Shown here: positions 16,894-26,769 of the stretch, one piece after another
Position numbering within the stretch: the stretch's first letter is position 1
How the letters are laid out: each line of letters starts with the position of its first letter
Source of the DNA: Candidatus Staskawiczbacteria bacterium
GTDB lineage: Bacteria > Patescibacteriota > Minisyncoccia > Minisyncoccales > Staskawiczbacteraceae
DNA length: 64,000 bases
Assembly: GCA_023245155.1 (NCBI GenBank)
Contig: JAHFKV010000001.1
Span: 459,034 to 523,033 of the forward strand
Direction of reading: 5' to 3'
Translations under genes and position numbers: made by a program
The notes under the pieces: generated by a model
What the model was told of the DNA's origin: nothing
Databases searched by the model: none
What the model saw: the letters and a program-made list of their open reading frames with translations, nothing else

Positions 16894-19205
16894 TGAGAAA
16901 ACTTCTTTATAAATTTTTTGAATTCATTGCCCTTTACTTCAAAGTTTTTCCAAAGTGAAAAACTGGGGCTGGCGCACGAAAGCAGACAAACACTCCCCTT
17001 CTCGGTGTTTTCGTAGGCGAATTTCACTGCTTCTTCCATACTTTTAGTTTCAAAAACATGTAACCCCTTTGTAAATTTGATTATTTTTCTGCCGCTATCA
17101 GGGAATAGCACAATATTTTTAATCTTATGTCGCATAATAGTTTTCCTGAGCTCTTTAAAGTCATAACCCCTGTCTTGCCCGCCCAGAAAAATAGTACCGA
17201 TTTTCTTGAGGGCCTCAATAGCCATAATGGTTGAATCGGGTGTGGTTGAAATTGCGTCGTCATAAAAGGTGATGCCTTTAAATGTGCCCACGTTTTCTAA
17301 TCGGTGTTCTAGGCCCTTAAAACTTTTTACAGCCTTTTTTATGTTTACTTCGGGAATTTTTAAAATTCTGGCAACTCGTGCAGCCGCTTCAATATTATTT
17401 TGGTTATGTTTTCCCAGTAAATGAGTTTCGTATTTCTGTTTAGCTTTTACGCAAAAAATGAGGTGGTCATCTTTTGACTGAAATGCAAAGATATTTTTCT
17501 TAGCCGCATAATACGCTTCTAAGCTGCCGTGGAAATCCATATGTTCGGGGAATAAATTGGTAATCACGGCAATATCAGGTGAAAATTTGATATCATCTAA
17601 CTGAAAACTGGAAAGTTCTAAAACAAACAGGGTGTCTTTTGATACGGGCTTTATGAGCCGTTCAATCATGGGAATGCCGATATTGCCCATGATTTCCACC
17701 TTTTTGCCGGCAGCTTTCAGGATGTGATATACCAGACTGGTAGTGGTGCTTTTACCCTTGCTGCCAGTGACGCCAATAATCGTATTTTTGCCCTTCACGC
17801 GCGAAAAAAAGATGTTGGTGGGCGTGGTGTAGTAACCTGGAATTTGGCTTTTATGAATACCGGGAGTTTTGATGGTAATATCGGCATTCTCTGTAACGAT
17901 TTTTAGTTTGGGATAATATTTCTTTAAAAACTTTTTCGTGGCTTGGCCTTCAATGCCTTCTGCCCGTACAATCTGCGCCGTTTCCATGCCCAGGAGTTTA
18001 TATTGTTCTGGAACAGAGTTCTCTTTTTGGATTTGCCAAACTTCCGGGTGTTTTTTAATTCCCAGCGCATCTTGGACCTCTTCAAATGTTCCCACGCAGT
18101 CAAACGGCTTCATGGTCCCCTGCCCTGCAATATCCTTAAATAACGGCCGTAAACTTTTTTCTTTTGATAAATCTTTGCCGAAAATCTTTAGCATTTCTTT
18201 TTTAGGTAATGAGGCTGAAAACATGGCCCAGGCAAACACGCACTTGGCGCATTGGCAACACCACAGTTTTCCCGTGAGCCTGTTTTTGATTCTGAAATTC
18301 TTATTGCAACTGGAAAAATAGGGGAAATACTTTTTATGCTTGGTAAATAATGTTACGATCCGGATTTCATAGAACGGCCGCAGTAATGAAAAATACAGCA
18401 CATCCTTACTGATGATATTTTTAACGTATTCTTGGAATAGTGCTTCAAATTCAAATGACTTTGACCACTGGTGATTAATTTCCAGTCCCTTATAATTTAA
18501 GTTTCCAAAATTACTACTGTGTTCGTTGCCAACAATGAAATAGCGGTAGCCATAGGCTAAGCAAGAAAATATCCCTAAAAACGCGTAAATAGCAGAAACG
18601 GGGATGTGGCCATTGTAAGGGTGTTTCTGGTGCACCTTTTCATCTAAAACCCGTTGCAGTTTTAAGCTGTCGCTTCCGATAAGCTGGATGATTTTTTCTA
18701 TAATCGGAGAAGGATTATTTTCCACAGCAAAAGCGGTAATAGCAAAGTCCCCCTCTTTTAATAATTCCGCAGCCACGATTGAATCCTTCCCCCCTCCAAT
18801 GCCTACCAGGCTGCGGTTTGGCAGGTCATAGCTTACCGTTTCTGGTTTCTGGTTTTTTGTGGAGGTGAATTTAGGGCTGATGGATGGATCTAAATTATTC
18901 TTAAAGAAAAATTCCCCCAAACCTTTTTTGTAAACGGTGTTCCAAAAATCAGCCTCTCCTTTCGATAACCTATATGGCAGTGAAATTCCCGGAGCAGCAT
19001 GGAATTTCCAATAGCTGATGCCAAGCATGATGTGCAGCGCTTCTAAGAGTTTTTTGGGCACGGCTTGGTCGGGCGTAGCTGACAGTAAAATGGTTTCTTT
19101 CCAATCTAGTTGGGAGTTGTCATCAAACTTTGTCGCATAATAAAATAGTATCCGTTTCTCGGAAGGCTGGTATTCATACTTTGTAAATTCAAAAATCATA
19201 GCCAT
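16890..19205 (-). CDS. murD: Fusion protein: N-terminal PP-loop (GGGKDS) ATP-pyrophosphatase-like domain plus C-terminal UDP-MurNAc-L-Ala--glutamate ligase MurD
   Basis: The C-terminal ~365 aa carry IIGVTGSKGKSTT, HNQNNIEAAARVA, LEHRLE and DDAISTTP (MurD). The N-terminal ~400 aa carry VGIGGGKDSIVAAELL and a Cys cluster, CCQCAKC. Confidence 0.8.
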   Translation of the reverse strand: MAMIFEFTKYEYQPSEKRILFYYATKFDDNSQLDWKETILLSATPDQAVPKKLLEALHIMLGISYWKFHAAPGISLPYRLSKGEADFWNTVYKKGLGEFFFKNNLDPSISPKFTSTKNQKPETVSYDLPNRSLVGIGGGKDSIVAAELLKEGDFAITAFAVENNPSPIIEKIIQLIGSDSLKLQRVLDEKVHQKHPYNGHIPVSAIYAFLGIFSCLAYGYRYFIVGNEHSSNFGNLNYKGLEINHQWSKSFEFEALFQEYVKNIISKDVLYFSLLRPFYEIRIVTLFTKHKKYFPYFSSCNKNFRIKNRLTGKLWCCQCAKCVFAWAMFSASLPKKEMLKIFGKDLSKEKSLRPLFKDIAGQGTMKPFDCVGTFEEVQDALGIKKHPEVWQIQKENSVPEQYKLLGMETAQIVRAEGIEGQATKKFLKKYYPKLKIVTENADITIKTPGIHKSQIPGYYTTPTNIFFSRVKGKNTIIGVTGSKGKSTTTSLVYHILKAAGKKVEIMGNIGIPMIERLIKPVSKDTLFVLELSSFQLDDIKFSPDIAVITNLFPEHMDFHGSLEAYYAAKKNIFAFQSKDDHLIFCVKAKQKYETHLLGKHNQNNIEAAARVARILKIPEVNIKKAVKSFKGLEHRLENVGTFKGITFYDDAISTTPDSTIMAIEALKKIGTIFLGGQDRGYDFKELRKTIMRHKIKNIVLFPDSGRKIIKFTKGLHVFETKSMEEAVKFAYENTEKGSVCLLSCASPSFSLWKNFEVKGNEFKKFIKKFSQ

Positions 19206-19275
19206 TTTGCTATAGAATTTACTTGATTATATCACACATTTTTCCTTCCGAACATGAAAAGCGGCAGGGTAAATG

Positions 19276-19305
19276 AAAACAGCCCCGCCACGGCGGGGCT
19301 GTTTT
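19276..19305. terminator. Bidirectional GC hairpin terminator
   Basis: AAAACAGCCCCGCC..GGCGGGGCTGTTTT. Confidence 0.6.
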
Positions 19306-19314
19306 CTGCTATGT

Positions 19315-20439
19315 TTACGGATTTGTTGAAAGCCTTCGGAAAATGATGACGAACAAGGCAATTAATACAATCACGATAATAATCCACAAATACCATTTCT
19401 TAACGAAGTCCAGGAATGGTGAGCTATTACCTGAAACGGCGGCAGTATTAGACCCGGCCACCGCGGTAGTTGAGGTAATATTTAAAGTTACTGGATCTGA
19501 ATCAGCCGTAGTATTGTTTGAAGTTACCCGTCCGATAACCTGGATTGTTTGGGCATTTTGTGATTGTACCAATCCGGTAAAGTAAACCGCGCGGGAAGTG
19601 TTAGGCGGCAATGAACCCAAATCAATTCCTGAAACTACGTTGCCTGCTGAAGCTACGCCGTCAATTTTTAAATTTCCCGTGTAAGCAATATTGTTAGTAA
19701 GGTCAACAGAAACCATGGCAGCTGTGGCGTCGCCACCGGTGTTTTTTACCGTTAGCAAGAATTCAGCATTGTCATTATTGACCAGGTTAATGTTTTTGTT
19801 CCATTCCATGTCGCTGGCTTGTTTTTTTCCAAAAAGTGAAACCACCAGCATTTTGTTCTGGCTGTTAACCACCGTGGTAGTTTTTTGGACTGATCCGTTA
19901 GTAGAAGTTTGATTTTGAGCGGACTGAACCGTTTGGCCTTGCACATTGGCAGCGCAGTAGGCGGTATAATCAGCTGAGCCCTGGGCGCAGGTTGAACCAT
20001 CGCATACTAAACGGCTTTTGCAGGCGTCATCAGCACAGCTGTCAATCGTACAAGAATTGCTGTCTTGGCAGCTCTGGTAAATGCCTTGGCGTACTCCTTT
20101 TGAATCGTACCATTGCACGTTATTTTGATAACAAAACGTCCGGTAGTTTTGGATGTAGCCGGTACCCTTATAGGTGGTAGTGCCGCCAGCGGTGGTTCCG
20201 CCCGTGTGAGTTGTCCCCGCTTTATTTACGCAAGCGCCGTTAGAACAAGCTTGATTAGTCAAGCTACAGTTTTGGGCCACTGACAAGATATTGCCGTTTA
20301 CATCGTACCAATAAGAAATATTACTGATACATTGCTTATATTCGTACCCCGCTGCCGCCTGGGCAATTCCTGTGTGGAAAACTGCTGCGCCAGCTATAAC
20401 CAATATTGCAAATAGGGCTAGTTTATAGGTAATTTTCAT
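19315..20439 (-). CDS. Secreted Cys-rich surface protein with a CARDB/DUF11-like domain and a C-terminal TM anchor
   Basis: Signal peptide; two C...WYD..G...C...C..G.C repeats; a beta-sandwich-like region LLTVKNTGGDATAAMV; a C-terminal helix WYLWIIIVIVLIALFVIIF. Confidence 0.55.
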   Translation of the reverse strand: MKITYKLALFAILVIAGAAVFHTGIAQAAAGYEYKQCISNISYWYDVNGNILSVAQNCSLTNQACSNGACVNKAGTTHTGGTTAGGTTTYKGTGYIQNYRTFCYQNNVQWYDSKGVRQGIYQSCQDSNSCTIDSCADDACKSRLVCDGSTCAQGSADYTAYCAANVQGQTVQSAQNQTSTNGSVQKTTTVVNSQNKMLVVSLFGKKQASDMEWNKNINLVNNDNAEFLLTVKNTGGDATAAMVSVDLTNNIAYTGNLKIDGVASAGNVVSGIDLGSLPPNTSRAVYFTGLVQSQNAQTIQVIGRVTSNNTTADSDPVTLNITSTTAVAGSNTAAVSGNSSPFLDFVKKWYLWIIIVIVLIALFVIIFRRLSTNP

Positions 20440-20560
20440 TAGTTTACGATTAATTAAATAACTTATTATAAATACTAAAGGTTAATGGATTATCAAATCC
20501 TTGTCAAACGCTTTTTATCTTGATGATTAATTATAGCATACTAAATAACTCTGTGTCAAT

Positions 20561-20603
20561 AGGACAACTAAAAACCGCCTATGAGGCGGTTTTTAGTTGT
20601 CCT
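20561..20603 (-). terminator. Intrinsic terminator after the major pilin gene
   Basis: AGGACAACTAAAAACCGCCT-ATGA-GGCGGTTTTTAGTTGTCCT. Confidence 0.65.
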
Positions 20604-20609
20604 TATGTC

Positions 20610-21089
20610 CTATCGGGTAACTGAAATGGTTTGGCTAAGATCAGCTTCCGGTGCGGAAACAGTATAGCGGCCATTTGAGTCAAACATGATGTTATATCCG
20701 GTATTATAATCGGTAGCACTAGTCCACACACCGACACTTGGGTCTACTGGTACCTGGCTGGAAATATAGGTTGGGGTTAAACAAGACAAATCAATGGTTG
20801 TGCTGGCTGGTGATACAGCAGAGCCGGTTTTGGCAATGGTGTACACGGTACCAACAGTTAAGGTTGGGCACCCTCCCCCCAAAGCACCTTTGTTGTCAGC
20901 CAAGTTTTGGCCGACGGCGTTTAAGATGGTGTTAACGTTGCTTTGGCGCTGGGTGTTGCGAGCCTGGGCAAATTGCCTGGCAGGATTAATAGCAATGATA
21001 ACAATGGTGGCCAAAATGGCGATAATGCCGATAACGATTAAGATTTCAATAAGGGTAAAACCCTTTTTTGATGAATTAAGTTTAAACAT
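20610..21089 (-). CDS. Type IV pilin (prepilin-type N-terminal cleavage/methylation domain)
   Basis: KKG|FTLIEILIVIGIIAILA carries the class III signal motif with Glu at +5. Confidence 0.8.
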   Translation of the reverse strand: MFKLNSSKKGFTLIEILIVIGIIAILATIVIIAINPARQFAQARNTQRQSNVNTILNAVGQNLADNKGALGGGCPTLTVGTVYTIAKTGSAVSPASTTIDLSCLTPTYISSQVPVDPSVGVWTSATDYNTGYNIMFDSNGRYTVSAPEADLSQTISVTR

Positions 21090-21155
21090 GGTTGTTCTTT
21101 ATTTAGTAGTAATTTCTCCGACCTTTTCTTTTTATTTTTCTTTCATTGTATCAAA

Positions 21156-21569
21156 TTAGGGGCAAGTGGTAAATGTGGCGCATTCATCCCAGGAAATAAT
21201 TTTGAAGGCAGTGGTATTGGTGGCAATAACTTTTAAATTGGTATAGGAACCGTTAATGATTGCTTGGGTTTTTATCAGTGTTTGGCCACCGGTATTTTGA
21301 GATGAAATAATGGTGCAGATATCTTTTCCCACAGAAACTGTTTTATTGGATTGATATAGGTTGTTTGCCGAATCTAAAATGGCGGCATCAACACAGGCTT
21401 CAGCTAAGGCAGCACTGCGTTCTTTCGATTCTGAATCCAAGATGTTCAAACGGGTGAAAAATCCGCTAAAACCCAGGCCTAGGGTAATGGCCAGCAAAAT
21501 GGTCGCAATAATAATTGCTGACATTAAGGCCATGTAACCCCCTTGTGTTTTTTTAGATGTGGTAACCAT
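21156..21569 (-). CDS. PilX-like minor pilus protein
   Basis: The N-terminal hydrophobic segment GGYMALMSAIIIATILLAITLGL lacks Glu+5. The gene lies inside the pilin cluster. Confidence 0.45.
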   Translation of the reverse strand: MVTTSKKTQGGYMALMSAIIIATILLAITLGLGFSGFFTRLNILDSESKERSAALAEACVDAAILDSANNLYQSNKTVSVGKDICTIISSQNTGGQTLIKTQAIINGSYTNLKVIATNTTAFKIISWDECATFTTCP

Positions 21570-21570
21570 A

Positions 21571-22062
21571 TTATTTCCGTAAATATTTCATAAAAGAAAA
21601 TCCTTGCCGGGCCGGTTTTCCGTTTTGGTCGGCGGTAAGAGTGAAATTAATGGTTACGGAATCTGGTTGGCCATTTACCCCCGCCGATTTTGAAAATGAT
21701 CCATCGGAAACCGCTATGGAACTGGCGTTTAGAATCACCGGATCAGGTTGACCGCTCTCCAAAGTTACATCCCCCCCATCCAGCTTAAATATTAATTGAG
21801 CAGTTGTTCCATTCATGGGTTTTGAGATGGTAAGCGTAGAAGCGGTTTCATTAAAACTGGTTGCTCCCGTTAATGCCCAGGTAATTTTACGAAATAAAAA
21901 GTTAGCCTCTTGTTGCAGAATAATGTGGTTATAAGAACCGTCAGCGCTTTGGATGATTTGATAGGCGCTCAATAATCCGCCACCAATAATAATGGTAAAA
22001 AGGGCGATGTATAATAGGCTTTCGATTAAGGTAAATCCTTTTTGGTTTAGTGGAGTTTTCAT
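21571..22062 (-). CDS. Prepilin-type minor pilin
   Basis: QKG|FTLIESLLYIALFTIIIGG. Confidence 0.7.
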   Translation of the reverse strand: MKTPLNQKGFTLIESLLYIALFTIIIGGGLLSAYQIIQSADGSYNHIILQQEANFLFRKITWALTGATSFNETASTLTISKPMNGTTAQLIFKLDGGDVTLESGQPDPVILNASSIAVSDGSFSKSAGVNGQPDSVTINFTLTADQNGKPARQGFSFMKYLRK

Positions 22063-22065
22063 GAT

Positions 22066-24048
22066 TTATGTTCCTGGATAAATAATGGTGATGCTCCCCT
22101 GGTTATTACTAGTGTCGTGGGAGGCCAGATACAGATAATTCCCTTCGCATTCAATGGATGTTCCCGTGGTGATTTGCTGACCATTGGACGTTTCAATAAC
22201 TTTAATCGGGGCGGGAATTTTACCGGTTTCTGGAGCGTCAGCAATATTATATATTTGGACCTGACTCGTGGTCGTTACAAATGCTAAGTAGTCGCGCACT
22301 AAAATCCCCAGAACTCCCTGGTTCCCAACGTCAACTGAAGCAATAACCGGTGAAACCGGCATGGCAGGAAAGCCAAGCGTGAGTGATGCGTGCTGGTTCC
22401 CTAAATAGGTTATCCCGGTAAGACCTCTGGAATCGGGTTTACCAAGCGCGCGGCTGGCGTAACCGTGAGTGGTGGTATAGTCTCCTGAAAGATCTGTTCC
22501 GTTAACAACTCTGGCAACACTGTTTGCATACATGCTGGTTCCATTTTGAAAACGTAATTCCACCGCGTCGATATTTCCTCCCGATCCAATATTGGGTTTG
22601 CCACCCGGTGTGTACACATCAATGGTGAAATAAACGCCCTTGGGATTTGGGGTTCCATTGGCATCACTGGTATAGAGGTCATAAAATTCCGCGCCAGTCG
22701 CAAAATCATTTTTTTGCGCGCTTGGGCCACCCGGGATTTTCGTGGTTAATTGAGTATTGGTTATTCCGCGGTAATATGACCGTGAAGCAACCGAGGCTCC
22801 CCCGGCAGATTGTTCATAGGTAATAACTGCCGTTAAGCCTGAACGTTCAAGTAGCGGAGGATTGATTTCGCCAGAATTTGAAGTGGTAGTAATTTTAGAA
22901 TCGTCTAATATATAAAACTGATTAGAAGTTGTGGTGGTTCCAAGATAGGTTGTGTCACCCACTCCGTACACCGTCGAACCGGTTCCGGTTGTTTCATTAA
23001 CTCCACCAACTTCAGAAATACCGCCGGCAGGGTTGCTAATATCAAGTACTTTTAATTCTTCGGTGTCGGCACTGGCCACATAGGCAAAGGTATTTTTTAC
23101 AAAAATGGAATTAACGGTTTGCCCAATGTCATAGCTGCCAATGCGTACGGGAACATTTGGATTGCTAACATTAATTACGTTAAACTCCGGGCCGGTAGCG
23201 GCCGCAGTTAATCCGAGGTAGACTTTTTTGTTGGCATAAAAAATGGTGTTGCCCAAAGCTTGGCTACCCGTACCCGTAACATTAGTCAGTTTATAGTTGG
23301 CAATAACCGTTGGATTATTGGCATTATGAATATCAATCACTTGTAATTGGGCAGTTCGGGATGTATTGGCAACATAGGCATAATCTTCTGCCACGGCCAC
23401 TCCTTTTAATCCTGAACCCGTATTGATAGCTTTAATCAAGGTTGGATTTTTAGGGTTTTGGGAAATATCATAAATGTAAAAATCATTGGCCGCCGCTCCC
23501 TGCAGGTTGGCGGTGGTAACATATAGTTTTCCATCGCGGGCATCAACGCCGGTCACGGGATTACCTCCAACGCTGTCAGCTACGCTAATTGAAGTAGTTT
23601 GAGCATTAGACCATTCGCCCGTAAGTACTGAACTGCACGTGCTAGGGCCAGCTGTATCAACGCCGCTTGCGTTGGTTAACAGTGTGCTTAGTTGGATGTT
23701 TAAATTACGGTTGCCCTCGGCATCCCAAGTTACGTGGCTGGTCACTTTTTTAGTATACAAACCAACTTGTTCTACGCTGAGAGATTTTTGATAGATAGAA
23801 TCTCCCGTTGCACTAACCGGGTTAACCAAATTAAAATCTAACTTGGCCGCGGCCCGGGCATTTTCTAACAAGGCTTCAGCTTTGTATAAAGCTTCCTGAT
23901 TGGTTTCTGAGTCAACGGAAGCTGATTGGCTGGAAGAGACTAATGGCAAAACCGCCGAAATCGCCAAGACAATCAGAACCATGGCAATGATGATTTCCAA
24001 TGTCGCTATCCCTTTTTGATTTTTCATGTTAAATGTTGTATATTTCAT
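22066..24048 (-). CDS. Pilin-like N-terminus fused to an LVIVD-repeat beta-propeller (putative pilus-associated adhesin)
   Basis: QKG|IATLEIIIAMVLIVLAISA at the N-terminus. Repeated units YAYVANTSRTAQLQVIDIHNANNP, FAYVASADTEELKVLDISNPAG, FNVINVSNPNVP and FYIYDISQNPKNP. Confidence 0.7.
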   Translation of the reverse strand: MKYTTFNMKNQKGIATLEIIIAMVLIVLAISAVLPLVSSSQSASVDSETNQEALYKAEALLENARAAAKLDFNLVNPVSATGDSIYQKSLSVEQVGLYTKKVTSHVTWDAEGNRNLNIQLSTLLTNASGVDTAGPSTCSSVLTGEWSNAQTTSISVADSVGGNPVTGVDARDGKLYVTTANLQGAAANDFYIYDISQNPKNPTLIKAINTGSGLKGVAVAEDYAYVANTSRTAQLQVIDIHNANNPTVIANYKLTNVTGTGSQALGNTIFYANKKVYLGLTAAATGPEFNVINVSNPNVPVRIGSYDIGQTVNSIFVKNTFAYVASADTEELKVLDISNPAGGISEVGGVNETTGTGSTVYGVGDTTYLGTTTTSNQFYILDDSKITTTSNSGEINPPLLERSGLTAVITYEQSAGGASVASRSYYRGITNTQLTTKIPGGPSAQKNDFATGAEFYDLYTSDANGTPNPKGVYFTIDVYTPGGKPNIGSGGNIDAVELRFQNGTSMYANSVARVVNGTDLSGDYTTTHGYASRALGKPDSRGLTGITYLGNQHASLTLGFPAMPVSPVIASVDVGNQGVLGILVRDYLAFVTTTSQVQIYNIADAPETGKIPAPIKVIETSNGQQITTGTSIECEGNYLYLASHDTSNNQGSITIIYPGT

Positions 24049-24062
24049 GTTTCAAGAAGCGA

Positions 24063-24569
24063 TTACCAGTCTATGCGGCCCTCGCTGTTAATTGAAATAG
24101 TATGGAATTTTCCCGCGCTGCTTAAGGTGATATTTAAAGGTTTGGTTGTGCAATTAGATGTCACGCAGTTGCCATTGAGTTGGTCAAAAACAATATCAAA
24201 AGGCAGCGGAACCGGGTCGGTAATGGAAACTGCATAAGAAACGTCAATGGTCACATCTTTAGAGCTTGGGGCGTATGCAGTGCACTGAGGATTGGTTGAT
24301 GGGCACTCAAACAGAACATAGGTTAAGGGGGAAGCCTGAAAATGTACACCATGCCGGGTTTGGTTAATGTTGTCTAATGACTGGTTACGGGCTTTTTGCA
24401 GAATGGTTATCAGGTTGTTTTTTTCCGCTGAAAAAGAATAACTTTTATAGGCATCAAAGCTGATCAGTAATCCAAAACCGATAATGGCTGCCAGGATGGC
24501 CATCACCACTAAGATTTCTATCAAAGTAAAACCCTTATTATTTTGGCGATAAATGTTGGGTAATGCCAT
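24063..24569 (-). CDS. Prepilin-type minor pilin (FimT/GspH-like)
   Basis: NKG|FTLIEILVVMAILAAIIGFG. Confidence 0.7.
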   Translation of the reverse strand: MALPNIYRQNNKGFTLIEILVVMAILAAIIGFGLLISFDAYKSYSFSAEKNNLITILQKARNQSLDNINQTRHGVHFQASPLTYVLFECPSTNPQCTAYAPSSKDVTIDVSYAVSITDPVPLPFDIVFDQLNGNCVTSNCTTKPLNITLSSAGKFHTISINSEGRIDW

Positions 24570-25614
24570 AAATTGGGGTGATAATTGAAATAGCGATAAA
24601 GCCGACTAGTACTCCCATGAATACCAGGAGCATCGGTTCAACCATGGTCGATAAATTTTTCGTGGTTTCGTCCAGTTCTTCTTCATAAACATTGGCTAAA
24701 TACGAAAACGTTTCGCTTAACTTACCGGTGGTTTCAGCCACGGCAATCATTTGTGCTGCTGCTAACGGGAATACGGCACTATTCTTATTCATGTTGGCGG
24801 AAATGCTTTCTCCCTTCATGATATTTTCAGCAATAACAGTCAATTCCTTTTTGTATACTAAATTCAGGGTGGTTTCTGAGACGATTTGGAATGATTGGAC
24901 TACGGTTACCCCGCTATTAAGCAACAATCCTAATGTTCTGAAAATACCGGTGGAGTTGTAGGTCTGCATAACTCTTCCTAAAAACGGAGTTCGCAGCAAT
25001 AGTGTCTGGAACCAGAAACGGAAAGATTTTATTTCCCACAAAAGGGTAAAGCCAACCATGCCCAAAGCCAACAGTACGGCAATCAGCGCGCCATAATTTC
25101 GTAGTGCCAAATTAACGAAAATCAAGAATTTGGTGGTCCAGGGCAGGTCATAATTCAAACTTTTAAACACCGGGAGAATCTTGGGGAAAATAAATACGGT
25201 GAGCACAATGGCGATAACCAATGTGGCAATCACAATAAAAATTGGGTAGACCGAAGCCCCGATAATTTTTCTGTGCAGAGCCTGTTTTTTCTTTAAGGTC
25301 AGAGCCAGGTGGTCAAGGTTATTGCTTAAGTTTCCAGACATTTCACCAATGGCAATAATATTAATGGTCAGTTCCCCGAAAATCTTTTTGAACTTTTTCA
25401 AGGCTCCTGCCAAGTATTGCCCATTTTCAACATCTTTGATGACAGCATCCATAATGGCAATCATGGTTTTGGATTTACTTTGTTCCTTAACCATGCGCAG
25501 GGAGGCTAAAATAGGTACTCCCGCTCGCAATAAAACCGCCAACTGCTTGATGAATTGGATGTGTTCTTTCAGTGACAGCCGCATAAAAAGTTGTTTGAAT
25601 GATAGTTTATTCAT
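24538..25614 (-). CDS. pilC: Type IV pilus assembly platform protein PilC (GspF family)
   Basis: Two GspF-like repeats and three TM segments. The gene lies between the ATPase and the pilins. Confidence 0.85.
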   Translation of the reverse strand: MNKLSFKQLFMRLSLKEHIQFIKQLAVLLRAGVPILASLRMVKEQSKSKTMIAIMDAVIKDVENGQYLAGALKKFKKIFGELTINIIAIGEMSGNLSNNLDHLALTLKKKQALHRKIIGASVYPIFIVIATLVIAIVLTVFIFPKILPVFKSLNYDLPWTTKFLIFVNLALRNYGALIAVLLALGMVGFTLLWEIKSFRFWFQTLLLRTPFLGRVMQTYNSTGIFRTLGLLLNSGVTVVQSFQIVSETTLNLVYKKELTVIAENIMKGESISANMNKNSAVFPLAAAQMIAVAETTGKLSETFSYLANVYEEELDETTKNLSTMVEPMLLVFMGVLVGFIAISIITPIYGITQHLSPK

Positions 25615-26749
25615 GGAGTGTTCTTAATACTTCTTCGGTAGTGGTAATTCCAACCTCTACTTTGGCGAAACCATCTTCTGCCATAGTAGCCATTCCCTGT
25701 TTTTTTGCTTCAGCTTTAATTTCTTCAGCCGTTCCTTTGCGGTGGATAATTTCCCGGATGGTGTTATTCACTTCTAATACTTCGTTAATACAAACTCGTC
25801 CGCTGTAGCCGGTCATATTGCATGCTAAGCATCCTTCTTTGCTTTTGCAATTCTGGCACATGCGCCTAACCAAACGTTGGGCGATGATAATGTTCACGGT
25901 GGAAGCAATCAAGTAAGGTTCAATGCCCAAGTCAATCAAGCGGGGCAAGGCACCCACGGCGTCATTGGTATGGATGCTGGACAACATCAAGTGCCCGGTT
26001 AAAGCAGTGTTAACCGCTAAACCGGCGGTTTCTTGGTCGCGGATTTCCCCCACCATAATAATGTTAGGGTCTTGGCGCAACATAGAACGCAACCCGTTGG
26101 CAAAACTTAAGCCGGTTTTAGCGTTTACCCCGATTTGGTTTACGCCCTCCAAAGAATATTCAATGGGATCTTCAATAGTAATAATAGAAGTCTTGGGATT
26201 ATTGAGTAGCTTCAGTAAGGTATATAATGTGGTAGTTTTCCCTGAACCGGTTGGGCCGGTTGCTAAAATCATACCGTAGGGATATTTAATGGCTCGCAAG
26301 ATTTTTTCTTGATCATTTTTAGAAAATCCCAGGACATCTAAAGAAAATTCCTGATTTTGGTCTTTGAGTAAACGTAAAACGGCGTTTTCGCCATAATAGG
26401 TTGGAACAATGGAAACACGGATGTCTATCGGCCCCGATTGGGATTGTATTTTAAAGCGTCCGTCCTGAGCCGTTTGGTGCTCATCGGTCCGCAAACCTGC
26501 TAAGATTTTAATGCGGGAAATAACTTCGGAATGAATAGATTTTGGCAGGGATTTATCATCTTGCAGTACGCCGTCAACGCGTAACCGTATGCGCACTACT
26601 TCAGCTTGCGGGTCAATGTGAATATCGGAAGCTTTAATATTATGCGCCAATTCAATCAAATAATTAACAACGTTAATAATCGAGGCTTCTTGCCCGTTAT
26701 TGATTTCCAGCTCTAAGGTTTGACGGATTCTTTCTAGTGTGGTTTCCAT
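25607..26749 (-). CDS. pilB: Type IV pilus assembly ATPase PilB (GspE family, short N-terminus)
   Basis: Walker A GPTGSGKTTTLY and the tetracysteine motif CQNCKSKEGCLACNMTGYSGRVC. The start is set at the ATG at 26749 because the upstream ATG lies inside the -10 box. Confidence 0.85.
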   Translation of the reverse strand: METTLERIRQTLELEINNGQEASIINVVNYLIELAHNIKASDIHIDPQAEVVRIRLRVDGVLQDDKSLPKSIHSEVISRIKILAGLRTDEHQTAQDGRFKIQSQSGPIDIRVSIVPTYYGENAVLRLLKDQNQEFSLDVLGFSKNDQEKILRAIKYPYGMILATGPTGSGKTTTLYTLLKLLNNPKTSIITIEDPIEYSLEGVNQIGVNAKTGLSFANGLRSMLRQDPNIIMVGEIRDQETAGLAVNTALTGHLMLSSIHTNDAVGALPRLIDLGIEPYLIASTVNIIIAQRLVRRMCQNCKSKEGCLACNMTGYSGRVCINEVLEVNNTIREIIHRKGTAEEIKAEAKKQGMATMAEDGFAKVEVGITTTEEVLRTLHE

Positions 26750-26769
26750 ATGATTTATTAAGATGGTAT

